Assembly (NCBI GenBank): GCA_963790305.1
Contig: CAWBOC010000013.1
Span: forward strand, 128,001 to 192,000
Length of the DNA: 64,000 nucleotides
Source of the DNA: an uncultured Gemmatimonadaceae bacterium
GTDB taxonomy: Bacteria; Gemmatimonadota; Gemmatimonadetes; Gemmatimonadales; Gemmatimonadaceae
Direction: 5' to 3'
The position numbers were made by a program, and so were the translations under genes. The notes below the pieces were generated by a model, which saw nothing but the letters and a program-made list of their open reading frames with translations, made no database searches and was not told where the DNA came from. Of the stretch, positions 32,024-42,084 are shown one piece after another. Each line of letters starts with the position of its first letter. The stretch's first letter is position 1.

Positions 32024-32318
32024 TGAATCGCCCGTCGTCCTCGCTCTCCCGTTCTGCGCGCCATCGCCCGGGCTTTCACGCGCTCGTTCTCGCGATTGGC
32101 TTCCTCGTCGGGGGGTTGATCACCCATATCAGCCGGCGGTTCCTGCCCCCGGGTGCGGTCAAGGAATTCCTGACCACGGGGCTTAGCGGCTCGGTTGGGC
32201 CAGTGTCGATCGACCTGATCATGATTAAGTTCTCTCTAGGACCCGTGGCCGTCGACATTCGCTGTTGAGCCTGCTCGGCGTGCTCATCGCCTATCTCATC
32301 GCTCGATCGCTGTTCTAG
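32020..32318 (+). CDS. Small membrane protein, DUF4321-like (frameshift near 32260)
   Basis: Two TM segments; shifted tail SLLGVLIAYLIARSLF*. Confidence 0.6.
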
Positions 32319-32326
32319 GAGGTACC

Positions 32327-32581
32327 ATGCCCTTCGGCAATTTCAGCTTCTGGGAGATCATCCTCCTGATGGTGGCGGTGCTCCTGCTGTTCGGCGCGAA
32401 GCGGCTTCCCGAAATCGGCGCCTCGATGGGCAAGGGCATCCGGGAGTTCAAGAAGTCGCTCACCGATGTCAATCGGTCGCTCACGGAGCCCGAAGCGCGC
32501 GACGCCCTGCCGCCGGCTCGCTCGGAGAGTGAAGTGCGGAAGGACGAGGAGCGGCGCCCGGAGCCGAAGAGACTGATCTAG
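32327..32581 (+). CDS. tatA: Twin-arginine translocase TatA/TatE
   Basis: WEIILL...LLLFGAKRLPEIGASMGKGIREFKK; RBS AGGAGG. Confidence 0.96.
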   Translation: MPFGNFSFWEIILLMVAVLLLFGAKRLPEIGASMGKGIREFKKSLTDVNRSLTEPEARDALPPARSESEVRKDEERRPEPKRLI

Positions 32582-32725
32582 GGGTCAGGGGTCAGGAGTC
32601 AGGGGTCAGGGAAGGAAAGGCGCGTCGCCGCTGTCGCGGCAGACGCGCTCATCCGATGAGCAAACGGCCGCGCAGCGCGCGGCCGTTTGCTTTTCCTTCC
32701 CTGACCCCTGACTCCTGACCCCTAA
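32580..32725. repeat. Palindrome with AGGRGTC heptamer arms enclosing three internal hairpins; probable bidirectional terminator between convergent genes
   Basis: (aggggtc)2-aggagtc-aggggtc-agggaaggaaag ... ttttccttccct-gacccct-gactcct-gacccct-a. Confidence 0.9.
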
Positions 32726-34562
32726 CTAGCTAGCTCTCTCCCGAGTCAGCGCCTGCACCTCACTCCGCCGATCGTCGACATCCGCCTCCTTTCGAAGCGC
32801 TGTCACGAAGTCCTGAATCCGCTGGCGGCGGAGACGCAGCAGCAGCTGCTGGCGCTGCTGGTCCTTCTGGGCCTCCCATACGGCGCGGTCAGCGGTCGTG
32901 CGCGCATCCACGCGAGTGATGAATACCCCGTCCTCCGTCTTCACAGGCCCGCTCGTCGCTCCGACGGGCAATCCGAACGCGGCACCCACTGCCTCATTGA
33001 GACGGCCGATTCCGGGCACGAGACTGACGCGGGTGAACATCCCGGTCCGCTCGACTGTCGCCCCGTTTTCCTGCGCGGCTTGCTCCAGGGATCTGCCGGC
33101 CACCACCGCATTGGTGATGCGCCGAGCGCGCGGCTCGAGGTAGTCGACCTTCTTCCGATTGACCAGGACACGGCGGATCTCCTCGCGTACATTGTCGAGC
33201 CCGACCTCGCCGCCCTCCTGGAGTGAGTCGATGCGCGCCAGATAGAAGGCCTCGGGTGCGTCCACGACGTCGCTGATGTCGCCCACACGCGATCCTCGAA
33301 ATGCCCAGGCCCCGAGGTCCTGGACGTACTGGCCGTTCCAGGTCAGCGGGTCGCCCTCGACCGCTACGGCGCGCGCGATCGGCAGATTGAATCGCCGAGC
33401 CGCGCTGTCGAGCCGGGTGGGGTCATCAGCCGCGGCGGCGACGTCCGCAACAGAGTCGGCGAGCGTCGTTATGCGCTGTGCGCTGGAATCGCTCTGCGTG
33501 ATCGGCAGCAGAATGTGGCGCACCTTGATCGAGTCGCCCTTCTTCTCGTCGACCTTGATCAGATGATACCCGAATTGCGAGAGCGCGGGTGGTGAGATCT
33601 CACCGGGCCGCAACGCGAAGGCGACGCGCTCGAACTCGGGCACGAACGCGCCGCGCACAACGGTGCCAAGGAGTCCACCTTGCGCGGCGGACACGCTGTC
33701 CGAGGATTCGCGACGCGCCACGGTATCGAACGGGACGCCACCCAGGATCTCCTCGCGGAGCGCGATCGCGCGCTGCCGCGTGGCGGCGCTGTCCGCTGCC
33801 GTGATGGGGCGGGGAAGCGCGATGAGCGACAACACGGCTCGTCCCTGACGCTTGGCAAAGTCGTCACGGTGCTCGTCGAAGTATCGCCGAATCTCATCGT
33901 CGGTGACCCGCACTGCGCTGTCAGGGACTGCCGCGGGACGGAGCGCGACGTATGACACGCGCGCGGAATCGCGCTCATCCTGCCAGATGCGCCACAGCCG
34001 GGCGTCGGTGAGGTAGACTCCGGCAGCGATCTGCTCGAAGAGCTTTTGCCGCGGAATCTCGGTGCGGTAGTACTGCTCGAGGAACTGCGTCAGCCCCTGC
34101 TGCCGCGCCATTCGGGCTCTGAAGAAGGCGCTGATACTTCTCGGGATCGAATCGCCCCTCGGTTTGAAGATCCGGGTTCTGCGCCAGATCGGGGTGCGGC
34201 ATGGCCATCGCGGCGTACTGGATCTCGCGGTCCGTCACGGTGATTCCCCGGCGTTCGTACTCGCGCGCGAGAAGGATCGAGTCGACGATTTGCTGGAAGG
34301 CTATCTCCTCGATCCGCCGCGCGTCATCCTGCGTCAGCGAGCCCGCGCCCCGGCGCTGCTGCTCCTGGGCCGAGAGCGCGCGCACCTGTGTATCCCAGCG
34401 ATCGTAGGTGATGTCGATGCCGTTGACGCTGCCGACCGACGTGCCTCGCGTGATGCCGCGGCTGGTGAGCCCGGATGTTTCGGCGAACAGAAAGACACCG
34501 ACGAACGAAATGAAGATGATCCAGAAGACGATCTTCGCGGATCCGCGGAACGCTTGCAGCAC
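32726..34562 (-). CDS. PpiD/SurA-family peptidyl-prolyl isomerase chaperone (frameshift near 34110)
   Basis: N-terminal TM (IVFWIIFISFVGVFL), SurA_N domain, rotamase (F..VARRES.D..SAAQGG.LG, FVPEFERVAF, SQFGYHLIKV); GTG start at 34562 inferred. Confidence 0.88.
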
Positions 34563-34652
34563 GGAAGGGACAGGCTGTGGGTGGGTGGATGTCGCAACCA
34601 GAAAATCTATCCGGCCGCGCTTCATAAAATCAAGCCACGATATGACTTCCGA

Positions 34653-34682
34653 TTGACTTCAATCGTCAGGAGGGTATATCTT
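34653..34682 (+). promoter_or_regulatory. Candidate sigma-70 promoter for the TPR-aroQ-acc operon
   Basis: TTGACT-N18-TATCTT in the divergent spacer. Confidence 0.5.
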
Positions 34683-34731
34683 GCCGCGTCTCGCCGCCCC
34701 GGGCCTGGGGCAGTTCCTCTGAGGGCATTGC

Positions 34732-36648
34732 ATGGCCGCCAACACCGCCCTGATCGAAGACCTTCTTCGACAATACGCTGAAAACCCGCGCCGTGTCTTT
34801 GCCCGACTTGCGAACGAGCTTCGAAAGTCTGGTGACTACGACCGGGCGATCGAGATCTGCCGCGGGCAAATCCCGCAGCAACCTGGCTACATCAGCGGCC
34901 ACATCGTGCTCGGGCAGTCCCTGTACGACTGCGGTCGGCTCGAGGAGGCCCGCCAGACGTTCGAGACCGCACTCAACCTCGATCCAGAGAACCTGATCGC
35001 GCTGCGTCACCTGGGCGACATCGCCCGCCAGCATGGCGCGAACGATGTCGCTCGCGGATGGTACCGCCGGCTGCTCGAGGTTGATCCGCAGAACGACGAA
35101 GTCGTCGCGCAACTGGAGGCGATGGGCGGCCCCGGCGGCGGCACTCCGGCCGTGGGTCAGCCGGTTGTCGCCGAGGAGTTCTCGCCGACGCTCGATATCG
35201 AAGGGTTGAACGTTCCGGCAGTAGAAGCGGCGCCCTCGCCAGAGGCAGGCGCGCCAGTCGGGCCGGAAATCGAGATCGATGAATACCGGCTCGACACCGC
35301 GGGAAAATCGAGCGACGCCGTGGCCGAGCACGAGCCTCTCGAGATCGAGACTGCCGCCGACTTCGAGCCAGCGCGTGGGGCGGAGAAGGCGTTCCCCGAT
35401 CTCGAGCAGAGCCTCGAGGTGAGTGGGATCGGCCCCAGCGACCCGTCGCCCAAGGCTGCCGACGCCGAGGCGATGTTTGGCGACGCGGTCATCGATGAAA
35501 GTCCGGAGAGCGGTGGCGAGCCAAGGGACGCCGTCGACGCGTACTACCCGATGCTGGACGTGCAGTCGACCGGACCGTCTCCGGCCGCGTTCGTCACCGA
35601 GACGATGGCGGAGCTGTATCTCCAGCAAGGGTACGTGCAGGAGGCGCTCGACATTTATCGCCAGCTCGCGGCTCAGAACCCGGCCGACGACACCCTCCGG
35701 GAGCGCGTTAGGCAGCTCGAGCAGGGATCGCGGTCGAGCATCGGCATCGCCGCGATCTCGGACGAAGTGGTGGAGGCCGCGCACAAGCGCGCAACGACCA
35801 GACCGAAAAAGACCATTCGCAGCTTCTTCGCGAAGCTCGCGATGCGACGCGTCGTCGAGCGCGAGGAAGCCGCCGCGGCACCCGACGAGACGACTGGCTT
35901 CGATGATCAGGAGCCGGATGAGCCGAGCGGCGGGCGCCGCCGCAACGAGCCACCGGCCGCTCCGCCCGCCCCGGTGGAGAGGCGGCGTGCCGCGCCAGAG
36001 CTGGAAGAGCCGGCGTGGCTCAGATCCGATCCGGAGCCGGAGTCACCGCCGCAGGGGTCCGGTGAGCCGGGCGGACCATTCGCGCTCCTCGACGAGACCG
36101 AGTGGAGCTCCGCCGTGGCGCCCACTCGTGCCAACGAGCCGACGAACCGTGCTCCCCCATCGCACGAAGACGTACCATGGCTGGCCGGGTACGAGCCTGA
36201 CACGAAACAGCCGCCGCGAGCGGGCGAGGGGTCGCAAGGGCACACCGGTGAGATGATCGCGATTCCACCCTCGGAGCTCTTTCCGACACGGAGCATTCCG
36301 ACCGAGGATGAGAACGCGGCCGCGACGCTGGCGAGCGTGTTCGAGCCGGAATTCGCTGCTCGCCTCACTCCCGTGCGGCCGATGCCGAGCCAGCAGCCGC
36401 CCGAGCAGCGCTCGCGCACGCCCGCCGAAGGCATGCGTCCCAGCGGAGCGACTCGTCAGGCGGAGGAGGAGCTCTCGCTCGACCAGGTGTTCGGGCGAAC
36501 GCCGTCGTCCGGCACACCGCAGGCACGCTCCGGCTTCACCTTCGACCAATTCTTCGACGAGCAAAAGGACGCGAATCGCGAAGGCCCACAGGACGCTTCG
36601 AGCGAGATCGAGCTGTTCAACACGTGGCTCGACCAGCTCAAGAAGTAG
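34732..36648 (+). CDS. TPR protein with acidic low-complexity linkers
   Basis: N-terminal TPRs (VFARLANELRKSG...), central TETMAELYLQQG, C-terminal FNTWLDQLKK. Confidence 0.8.
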   Translation: MAANTALIEDLLRQYAENPRRVFARLANELRKSGDYDRAIEICRGQIPQQPGYISGHIVLGQSLYDCGRLEEARQTFETALNLDPENLIALRHLGDIARQHGANDVARGWYRRLLEVDPQNDEVVAQLEAMGGPGGGTPAVGQPVVAEEFSPTLDIEGLNVPAVEAAPSPEAGAPVGPEIEIDEYRLDTAGKSSDAVAEHEPLEIETAADFEPARGAEKAFPDLEQSLEVSGIGPSDPSPKAADAEAMFGDAVIDESPESGGEPRDAVDAYYPMLDVQSTGPSPAAFVTETMAELYLQQGYVQEALDIYRQLAAQNPADDTLRERVRQLEQGSRSSIGIAAISDEVVEAAHKRATTRPKKTIRSFFAKLAMRRVVEREEAAAAPDETTGFDDQEPDEPSGGRRRNEPPAAPPAPVERRRAAPELEEPAWLRSDPEPESPPQGSGEPGGPFALLDETEWSSAVAPTRANEPTNRAPPSHEDVPWLAGYEPDTKQPPRAGEGSQGHTGEMIAIPPSELFPTRSIPTEDENAAATLASVFEPEFAARLTPVRPMPSQQPPEQRSRTPAEGMRPSGATRQAEEELSLDQVFGRTPSSGTPQARSGFTFDQFFDEQKDANREGPQDASSEIELFNTWLDQLKK

Positions 36649-37091
36649 TGCGCATCGCCGTATTGAACGGGCCGAGCCTCAATCTGCTCGGCTCGCGCGA
36701 ACCGGAGATCTACGGTCGCGCAACGCTCGGCGACATTGAGAAGCGGCTCCGGGCGGTCGCGGGGGAAATCGGCGCCGAGGTTGAATTCGCCCAGCACAAT
36801 GGTGAAGGCGAGCTCATCGATCGAATCCATGCCATGCGCGGGAAGACCGACGGCGCCCTGATCAATGCTGGCGCGTACACGCACACGAGCCTCGCCATCC
36901 GCGACGCGCTCGCCGCGGTCGATGTGCCCTTCGTCGAGGTGCATCTGACGAACATATTTGCCCGCGAGCCGGAGCGACGGCATTCGATGCTGGCCGCTGG
37001 GGCGACCGCGGTACTCTGCGGGTTCGGGGCACTCGGATACGAGCTGGCACTACGCGGCCTCGTGGCGAAGCTGGCTGCGCAGAGTGCCTGA
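36648..37091 (+). CDS. aroQ: Type II 3-dehydroquinate dehydratase
   Basis: LNGPSLNLLGSREPEIYG, NAGAYTHTS, EVHLTN, RRHS. Confidence 0.97.
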   Translation: MRIAVLNGPSLNLLGSREPEIYGRATLGDIEKRLRAVAGEIGAEVEFAQHNGEGELIDRIHAMRGKTDGALINAGAYTHTSLAIRDALAAVDVPFVEVHLTNIFAREPERRHSMLAAGATAVLCGFGALGYELALRGLVAKLAAQSA

Positions 37092-38169
37092 CCGACGACC
37101 CCAGCGCCTCGAGGCGCTCTCGGAGGCAATCCTCGAGGCGCACCTCGATGCGATTCTCCTCACGAGCCTCCCCAACATTCGCTACATCACCGGCTTCTCC
37201 GGCACGAGCGCGCTGGCGCTCGTCACGGGCAGGGACGCGACGCTGATCACCGATTTCCGCTACCAGACGCAGGCGAGCGCGGAAGTCGGCGATCTCGCGC
37301 GTGTCGTGATCGAGCCGCAAAGTCTCTGGGCAGGATTGTGGCGTACGCTGCCGACACGGTCTCCGTCGATCATTGGATTCGAGTCGCATCACCTCGTGCA
37401 TCGTGACTTTCAGCGGCTGCTCGAGCAGGGAGCGCGGTGGCAGTGGCGCCCGACGATCGACGTCGTCGAGACACTGCGAGAGCGGAAGGACGAGGGTGAG
37501 CTCGCTCTGATCTCGCGCGCGGCCAACATCGCCGACGCCGCGCTCGAGCGTGCGATTGCCGAGATTCGCGCGGGGATGTCGGAGCTGGAGATCGCCGGCC
37601 TGCTGGAGCGCGCGCTTCGCGATGGGGGCAGCGAAGGCTTTCCGTTTCCAACGATCGTTGCATCGGGGGAGCGCTCCGCGCTTCCGCACGCGCGGTCGTC
37701 GGAGCGGGCAGTGAGGGATGGCGATTTTCTCCTGATCGACTTCGGTGCGGTGGTCGGCGGCTATTGCGCCGATGTCACGCGCACGTTCGTCGTCGGCTCG
37801 GCGAGCGACGAGCAGCGGGAGATTCATTCGATCGTTCGCGAGGCGAACGAGCGCGCGTCGCGAGCCATCCACGCGGGTATGCGGGGGCGAGATGCCGACG
37901 CGGTCGCTCGGGGCTACATTGAAGACCGCGGTTTCGGCAATGCATTCGGCCACAGCCTCGGCCATGGGATCGGCATCGAGGTGCACGAAGCGCCGCGGCT
38001 GGCGAGGACTGCCGAGGCGTCGCTTCCGGATCACGCCGTCGTCACCATCGAGCCAGGTATTTATCGGCCGGGGTGGGGCGGGGTGCGCATTGAGGATGAC
38101 GTCTTTCTCGAAGACGGGGGCGCCCGAGTGCTCACCGCGTTTTCGCATGACCTGATCGAGATCGGCTGA
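37084..38169 (+). CDS. Xaa-Pro peptidase (M24 family)
   Basis: NIRYITGFSG, TDFRY, DFGA...GYCADVTRT, HSLGHGIG.EVHE, TIEPGIY, GVRIEDD. Confidence 0.95.
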   Translation: MPDRRPQRLEALSEAILEAHLDAILLTSLPNIRYITGFSGTSALALVTGRDATLITDFRYQTQASAEVGDLARVVIEPQSLWAGLWRTLPTRSPSIIGFESHHLVHRDFQRLLEQGARWQWRPTIDVVETLRERKDEGELALISRAANIADAALERAIAEIRAGMSELEIAGLLERALRDGGSEGFPFPTIVASGERSALPHARSSERAVRDGDFLLIDFGAVVGGYCADVTRTFVVGSASDEQREIHSIVREANERASRAIHAGMRGRDADAVARGYIEDRGFGNAFGHSLGHGIGIEVHEAPRLARTAEASLPDHAVVTIEPGIYRPGWGGVRIEDDVFLEDGGARVLTAFSHDLIEIG

Positions 38170-38199
38170 CGTCGTGCGGACCGACCCTATCTCAGGCCC

Positions 38200-38700
38200 A
38201 TGATCGACCTACGCTACGTGAAGAAGCTCGTCGAGATGCTCGATGAATCGAGCGTCGATTCCATTGAGATCTCGACGGACAAGGGGATGAAGATCCGCAT
38301 CTCGAAGACGCCCCAGCAACGGGGGACGGTGCAGGTTGCGCCGCCCATGCCCATCCCGATGCCGGTGACGCCTCTCGCGCCCAGCCGGGCTACCCCTAGC
38401 GAGTCCCTCCCGGCGGTGGGGGAGGGGGAAGGGCCCAAGGCCGAGCCCAAGTCGAAGATGCTGGAAGTGAAGTCCCCCATGGTCGGCACCTTCTACAAGT
38501 CGCCCGAGCCAGGGGCGCCCGCTTACGTAACGGCGGGGGCGCGCGTCTCTAAAGGACAGATCCTCTGCATCATCGAAGCAATGAAGATCATGAACGAGAT
38601 CGAGTCCGAGTTCTCGGGCGTCGTGCGGGAGGTCCTCGTCGAGGACGCGCACCCGGTCGAGTATGGACAAGTCCTTTTCCGCATCGACCCCAATGGCTGA
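38200..38700 (+). CDS. accB: Acetyl-CoA carboxylase biotin carboxyl carrier protein
   Basis: SPMVGTFY, biotinylation motif EAMKIMNEI. Confidence 0.97.
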   Translation: MIDLRYVKKLVEMLDESSVDSIEISTDKGMKIRISKTPQQRGTVQVAPPMPIPMPVTPLAPSRATPSESLPAVGEGEGPKAEPKSKMLEVKSPMVGTFYKSPEPGAPAYVTAGARVSKGQILCIIEAMKIMNEIESEFSGVVREVLVEDAHPVEYGQVLFRIDPNG

Positions 38701-39865
38701 GACCGCCGCAACACGCTCTGCCCCAACGCCCGGAGCACACCAGGCGACCGCCGGCTTCAACTTCAAGGCGGTTCTGCAGCGCATGATCCAGCAAAACGCG
38801 TCCGACTTGCACCTCAAGGTCGGCCGCCCGCCGGTGCTTCGCATCAACGGCGAGCTTCAGCAGCTCGATCTTCCGCCCCTGAAGCCGGAAGACCTGAAGC
38901 AGCTGGCCGAGCAGATCATGACGCCGAAGCAGGTGAAGGAATTCACCGAGAACAAGGAAGCCGACTTCGCGATCGGCGTTCCTGGCATTGGCCGCTTCCG
39001 CGTCAACGTATTCCAGCAGCGCGGTACGATCGCCTATGCGCTGCGACTCGTGCCCTACCAGGTGAAGAACTGCACCGAGCTCAACCTGCCGCCCGTCGTC
39101 GAGGAGATCGCGATGAAGCCGCGCGGGCTCGTGCTCGTCACCGGAGTCACGGGCTCGGGCAAGTCGACTGCGTTGGCGGCGATGATTCAGCACATCAACG
39201 AGCGCCGGCACGCGAACGTGATCACGATCGAGGACCCGATCGAGTTCCTGCACCGCGACATCAACTGCAACATCAACCAGCGCGAGGTCGGCACCGACAC
39301 GGGGAATTTCGGCTCGGCGCTGCGCCGCGTGCTGCGTCAGGATCCCGACGTGATCCTGATCGGTGAGATTCGCGACCTCGAGACGCTCGAGGTCGCGCTG
39401 AAGGCGGCCAGCACCGGCCACACGGTGTTCTCGACGCTGCACACGACGGACGCGACGCAAACGATCAATCGCGTCCTGTCGTTCTATGCGCCGCACCAGC
39501 AGAGCGAGGTCCGGTTCTCGCTGTCGAGCGCGTTGCAGGCGGTCATCTCGCTGCGCCTCGTCCCGCGCTCGGACAAGCCGGGTCGTGTGCCCGCGTGCGA
39601 GATCCTCATCAACACCGCGGCCGTGCGCGACCAGATTCGCGACATGTCGAAGTCACTCAACATCCCGGACCTCATCAAGGAAGGAACGGTGCAGTACGGG
39701 ATGCAGAGCTTCGACCAGTCGCTGATGCACTGGTATACGCAGGGCGTCATCTCGTACGAGAGCGCGATGTTCTACGCGACCAACCCGAGCGAGTTCGCGC
39801 TCCGCATCCAGGGCGTCGAAGGCTCGAGCGACAAGAGCTGGGACAAGTTCCGGGAAAAGCAATAG
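38693..39865 (+). CDS. pilT: Type IV pilus retraction ATPase, PilT/PilU family
   Basis: ASDLHL, Walker A GVTGSGKST, Asp box TIEDPIE, Walker B LRQDPDVILIGEIRD, His box TGH...STLH, GMQSFDQSL. Confidence 0.93.
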   Translation: MAETAATRSAPTPGAHQATAGFNFKAVLQRMIQQNASDLHLKVGRPPVLRINGELQQLDLPPLKPEDLKQLAEQIMTPKQVKEFTENKEADFAIGVPGIGRFRVNVFQQRGTIAYALRLVPYQVKNCTELNLPPVVEEIAMKPRGLVLVTGVTGSGKSTALAAMIQHINERRHANVITIEDPIEFLHRDINCNINQREVGTDTGNFGSALRRVLRQDPDVILIGEIRDLETLEVALKAASTGHTVFSTLHTTDATQTINRVLSFYAPHQQSEVRFSLSSALQAVISLRLVPRSDKPGRVPACEILINTAAVRDQIRDMSKSLNIPDLIKEGTVQYGMQSFDQSLMHWYTQGVISYESAMFYATNPSEFALRIQGVEGSSDKSWDKFREKQ

Positions 39866-39876
39866 TGCGAAGTCGA

Positions 39877-39969
39877 AGGTTGGCGAGGTGGTCGAGGTCG
39901 TCGAGGTGATCCAGGAGGCTGCGGTTCGCACCTTGAGTCCCTCGGCCACCTTGACCACCTTGACTCCCT
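39877..39969. repeat. Intergenic palindrome with 9-bp GTCGAGGTN arms, between pilT and accC
   Basis: ggcgaggtg-gtcgaggtc-gtcgaggtg-atccagg ... ccttgagtc-cctcggcca-ccttgacca-ccttgac. Confidence 0.85.
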
Positions 39970-39970
39970 C

Positions 39971-41329
39971 ATGTTCAAGAAAGTCCTGATCGCCAACCGC
40001 GGCGAGATCGCGCTGCGCGTCATTCGCGCGTGCCGCGAGCTCGGGATTCAGACGGTCGCCGTCTACTCCGAAGCGGACCGCGAATCGCTGCACGTCCGAT
40101 TCGCCGACGACGACGTCTGCATCGGTCCGCCGCCGGCCCGCGAGTCGTATCTGCGGATCCCGCGGCATCATCGCCGCCGCCGAGATCACCGGCGCGGACG
40201 CGATTCATCCCGGATACGGATTCCTCGCCGAGAACGCCGAGTTCGCCGAGACCTGCGCCGCGTCGAACATCACCTTCATCGGTCCCACGCCCGAGCAGAT
40301 CCGCGTGATGGGCGACAAGGCCGCGGCTCGTAAGGCGATGGCCGACGTCGGAGTGCCGATCATTCCGGGGACGCCTGGCCCGGTCGAAGACGCCGAAGAA
40401 GCGCTCACGTTCGCGCGCGAGATCGGGTTCCCGGTGATCATCAAGGCCGCGGCGGGCGGTGGCGGGAAGGGAATGCGCGTCGCGAAGGACGCGGACGACT
40501 TCGCCCGCTCATTTCAGCTCGCGCGATCGGAGGCGCTGTCGGCGTTCGGCAATGGCGACGTCTACGTCGAGAAGTACCTCGCCCGCCCGCGCCACATCGA
40601 GTTCCAGATCATGGGCGACAAGCACGGCAACATGATTCACCTCGGCGAGCGCGACTGCTCGGTGCAGCGGCGGCATCAGAAGCTGATCGAGGAGGCGCCG
40701 AGTCCGATCATGACGCCCGAGCTTCGCGAGCGAATGGGGGAAGCCGCCGTGCGAGGCGCAAAGGCGATCGACTACGTGGGCGCCGGCACGATCGAGATGC
40801 TGCTACAACGAGGACGGGTCGTTCTACTTCATGGAGATGAACACCCGCATTCAGGTCGAGCATCCGGTGACGGAAATGCTTACCGGCATCGATCTGGTGA
40901 AGGAGCAGATCCGTGTCGCGGCGGGGGAGAAGCTGTCCGTCAAGGAGCTGCCGCCGTTGCGCGGGCACGTGATCGAGTGCCGCGTCAATGCGGAGGATCC
41001 GGCGCGAAATTTTCAGCCGTCGCCCGGGAAGATCGAAGTGTTCCATCCGCCGGGCGGTCCAGGCGTGCGCCTGGACACGCACGTCTACGCCGGCTATACG
41101 GTCCCACCGTTCTACGATTCGTTGATCGCCAAGCTGATCGTGCAGGGCAGAGACCGGCAGGAGGCGATCCGCGCGCATGCACATGGCGCTCGAGAGCTTC
41201 ATCATCGAAGGCGTGACGACCACCATTCCCTTTCTGGGACGCGTGATGATGCACAAGAAATTTCAGGCGGGCGACGTCGACACGAAGTTCCTCGAGCGCG
41301 AGGGCGAGCTCATGCGGGAGCCCGTCTAG
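39971..41329 (+). CDS. accC: Biotin carboxylase (frameshifts near 40165, 40805 and 41170)
   Basis: [65 protein letters not shown]. Confidence 0.96.
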
Positions 41330-42075
41330 TGCGCGTCGACGTGTACTTCGGGGTGCAGGGGCTGCAGCCGGCGAGCGTGCAGGGCCGGCTGGTCGCCGTG
41401 ATCGACGTGCTGCGCGCGTCGACGGTCGGCGCCATCGCGCTCGCCAACGGCGCCCGCGCGGTCGTCCCGCTCGAGAGCTCCGACGAAGTGATCACCCGCT
41501 CGAAGAGCTTCGACCGAACGGAGGTCCGGCTCGCGGGGGAGCGAAAGATGAATCCGATTCCGGGATTCGACTTCGGCAATTCGCCTCGGGAGTTCACCCG
41601 CGAGGCGGTGGAGGGGAAGACGGTGCTGTTCACGACCACCAACGGCACCGGCGCATTCCTCGCCGTTCAGGGCGCGCGTGATGTGGTCGTCGCCTCGTAC
41701 GTCAACTTCACCGCCGTGCTCGCCATGATGCGCGCGGCAGTGCGCGCGGGAACGGACGTCAGCATCATTTGCGCGGGGCGCGAGAAGGAATTCGCCCTCG
41801 AGGATGCCGCGTGCGCCGGGCGCTACGTGCGCCAGCTCACGACGCGGACACCGGACATGGAGATGAACGATGCCGCGCGCGCGAGCGAGCTGATCGCGAA
41901 GCGCTATGGCGACCGCATCGACCAGCTCTTCGCCGAATCCGCGCACGGCCGCGCGTTGTCGGAGGCGGGCTTCGCCGAGGATCTCGTGACCTGCGCGCAG
42001 ATCGACTCGCATCCGATCATCCCCATCTATCAGGACCGGCAGATCACCAAGCTCGGTCCAGAACGCGAGCGGTAG
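41329..42075 (+). CDS. comB: 2-phosphosulfolactate phosphatase family protein
   Basis: [36 protein letters not shown]. Confidence 0.9.
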   Translation: MRVDVYFGVQGLQPASVQGRLVAVIDVLRASTVGAIALANGARAVVPLESSDEVITRSKSFDRTEVRLAGERKMNPIPGFDFGNSPREFTREAVEGKTVLFTTTNGTGAFLAVQGARDVVVASYVNFTAVLAMMRAAVRAGTDVSIICAGREKEFALEDAACAGRYVRQLTTRTPDMEMNDAARASELIAKRYGDRIDQLFAESAHGRALSEAGFAEDLVTCAQIDSHPIIPIYQDRQITKLGPERER

Positions 42076-42084
42076 GGTAGGCCG

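Noticed and set aside
32580..32725. Cloverleaf considered as a tRNA or tRNA-like gene
   Set aside because: No D-loop GG, no TTCG T-loop, no CCA, and the stem lengths are wrong.
13306..39969. Tandem 9-bp repeats considered as CRISPR arrays or small VEVVEV-type peptides
   Set aside because: Units are 7-11 bp with no unique spacers and no cas genes; arms are inverted and lack start signals.
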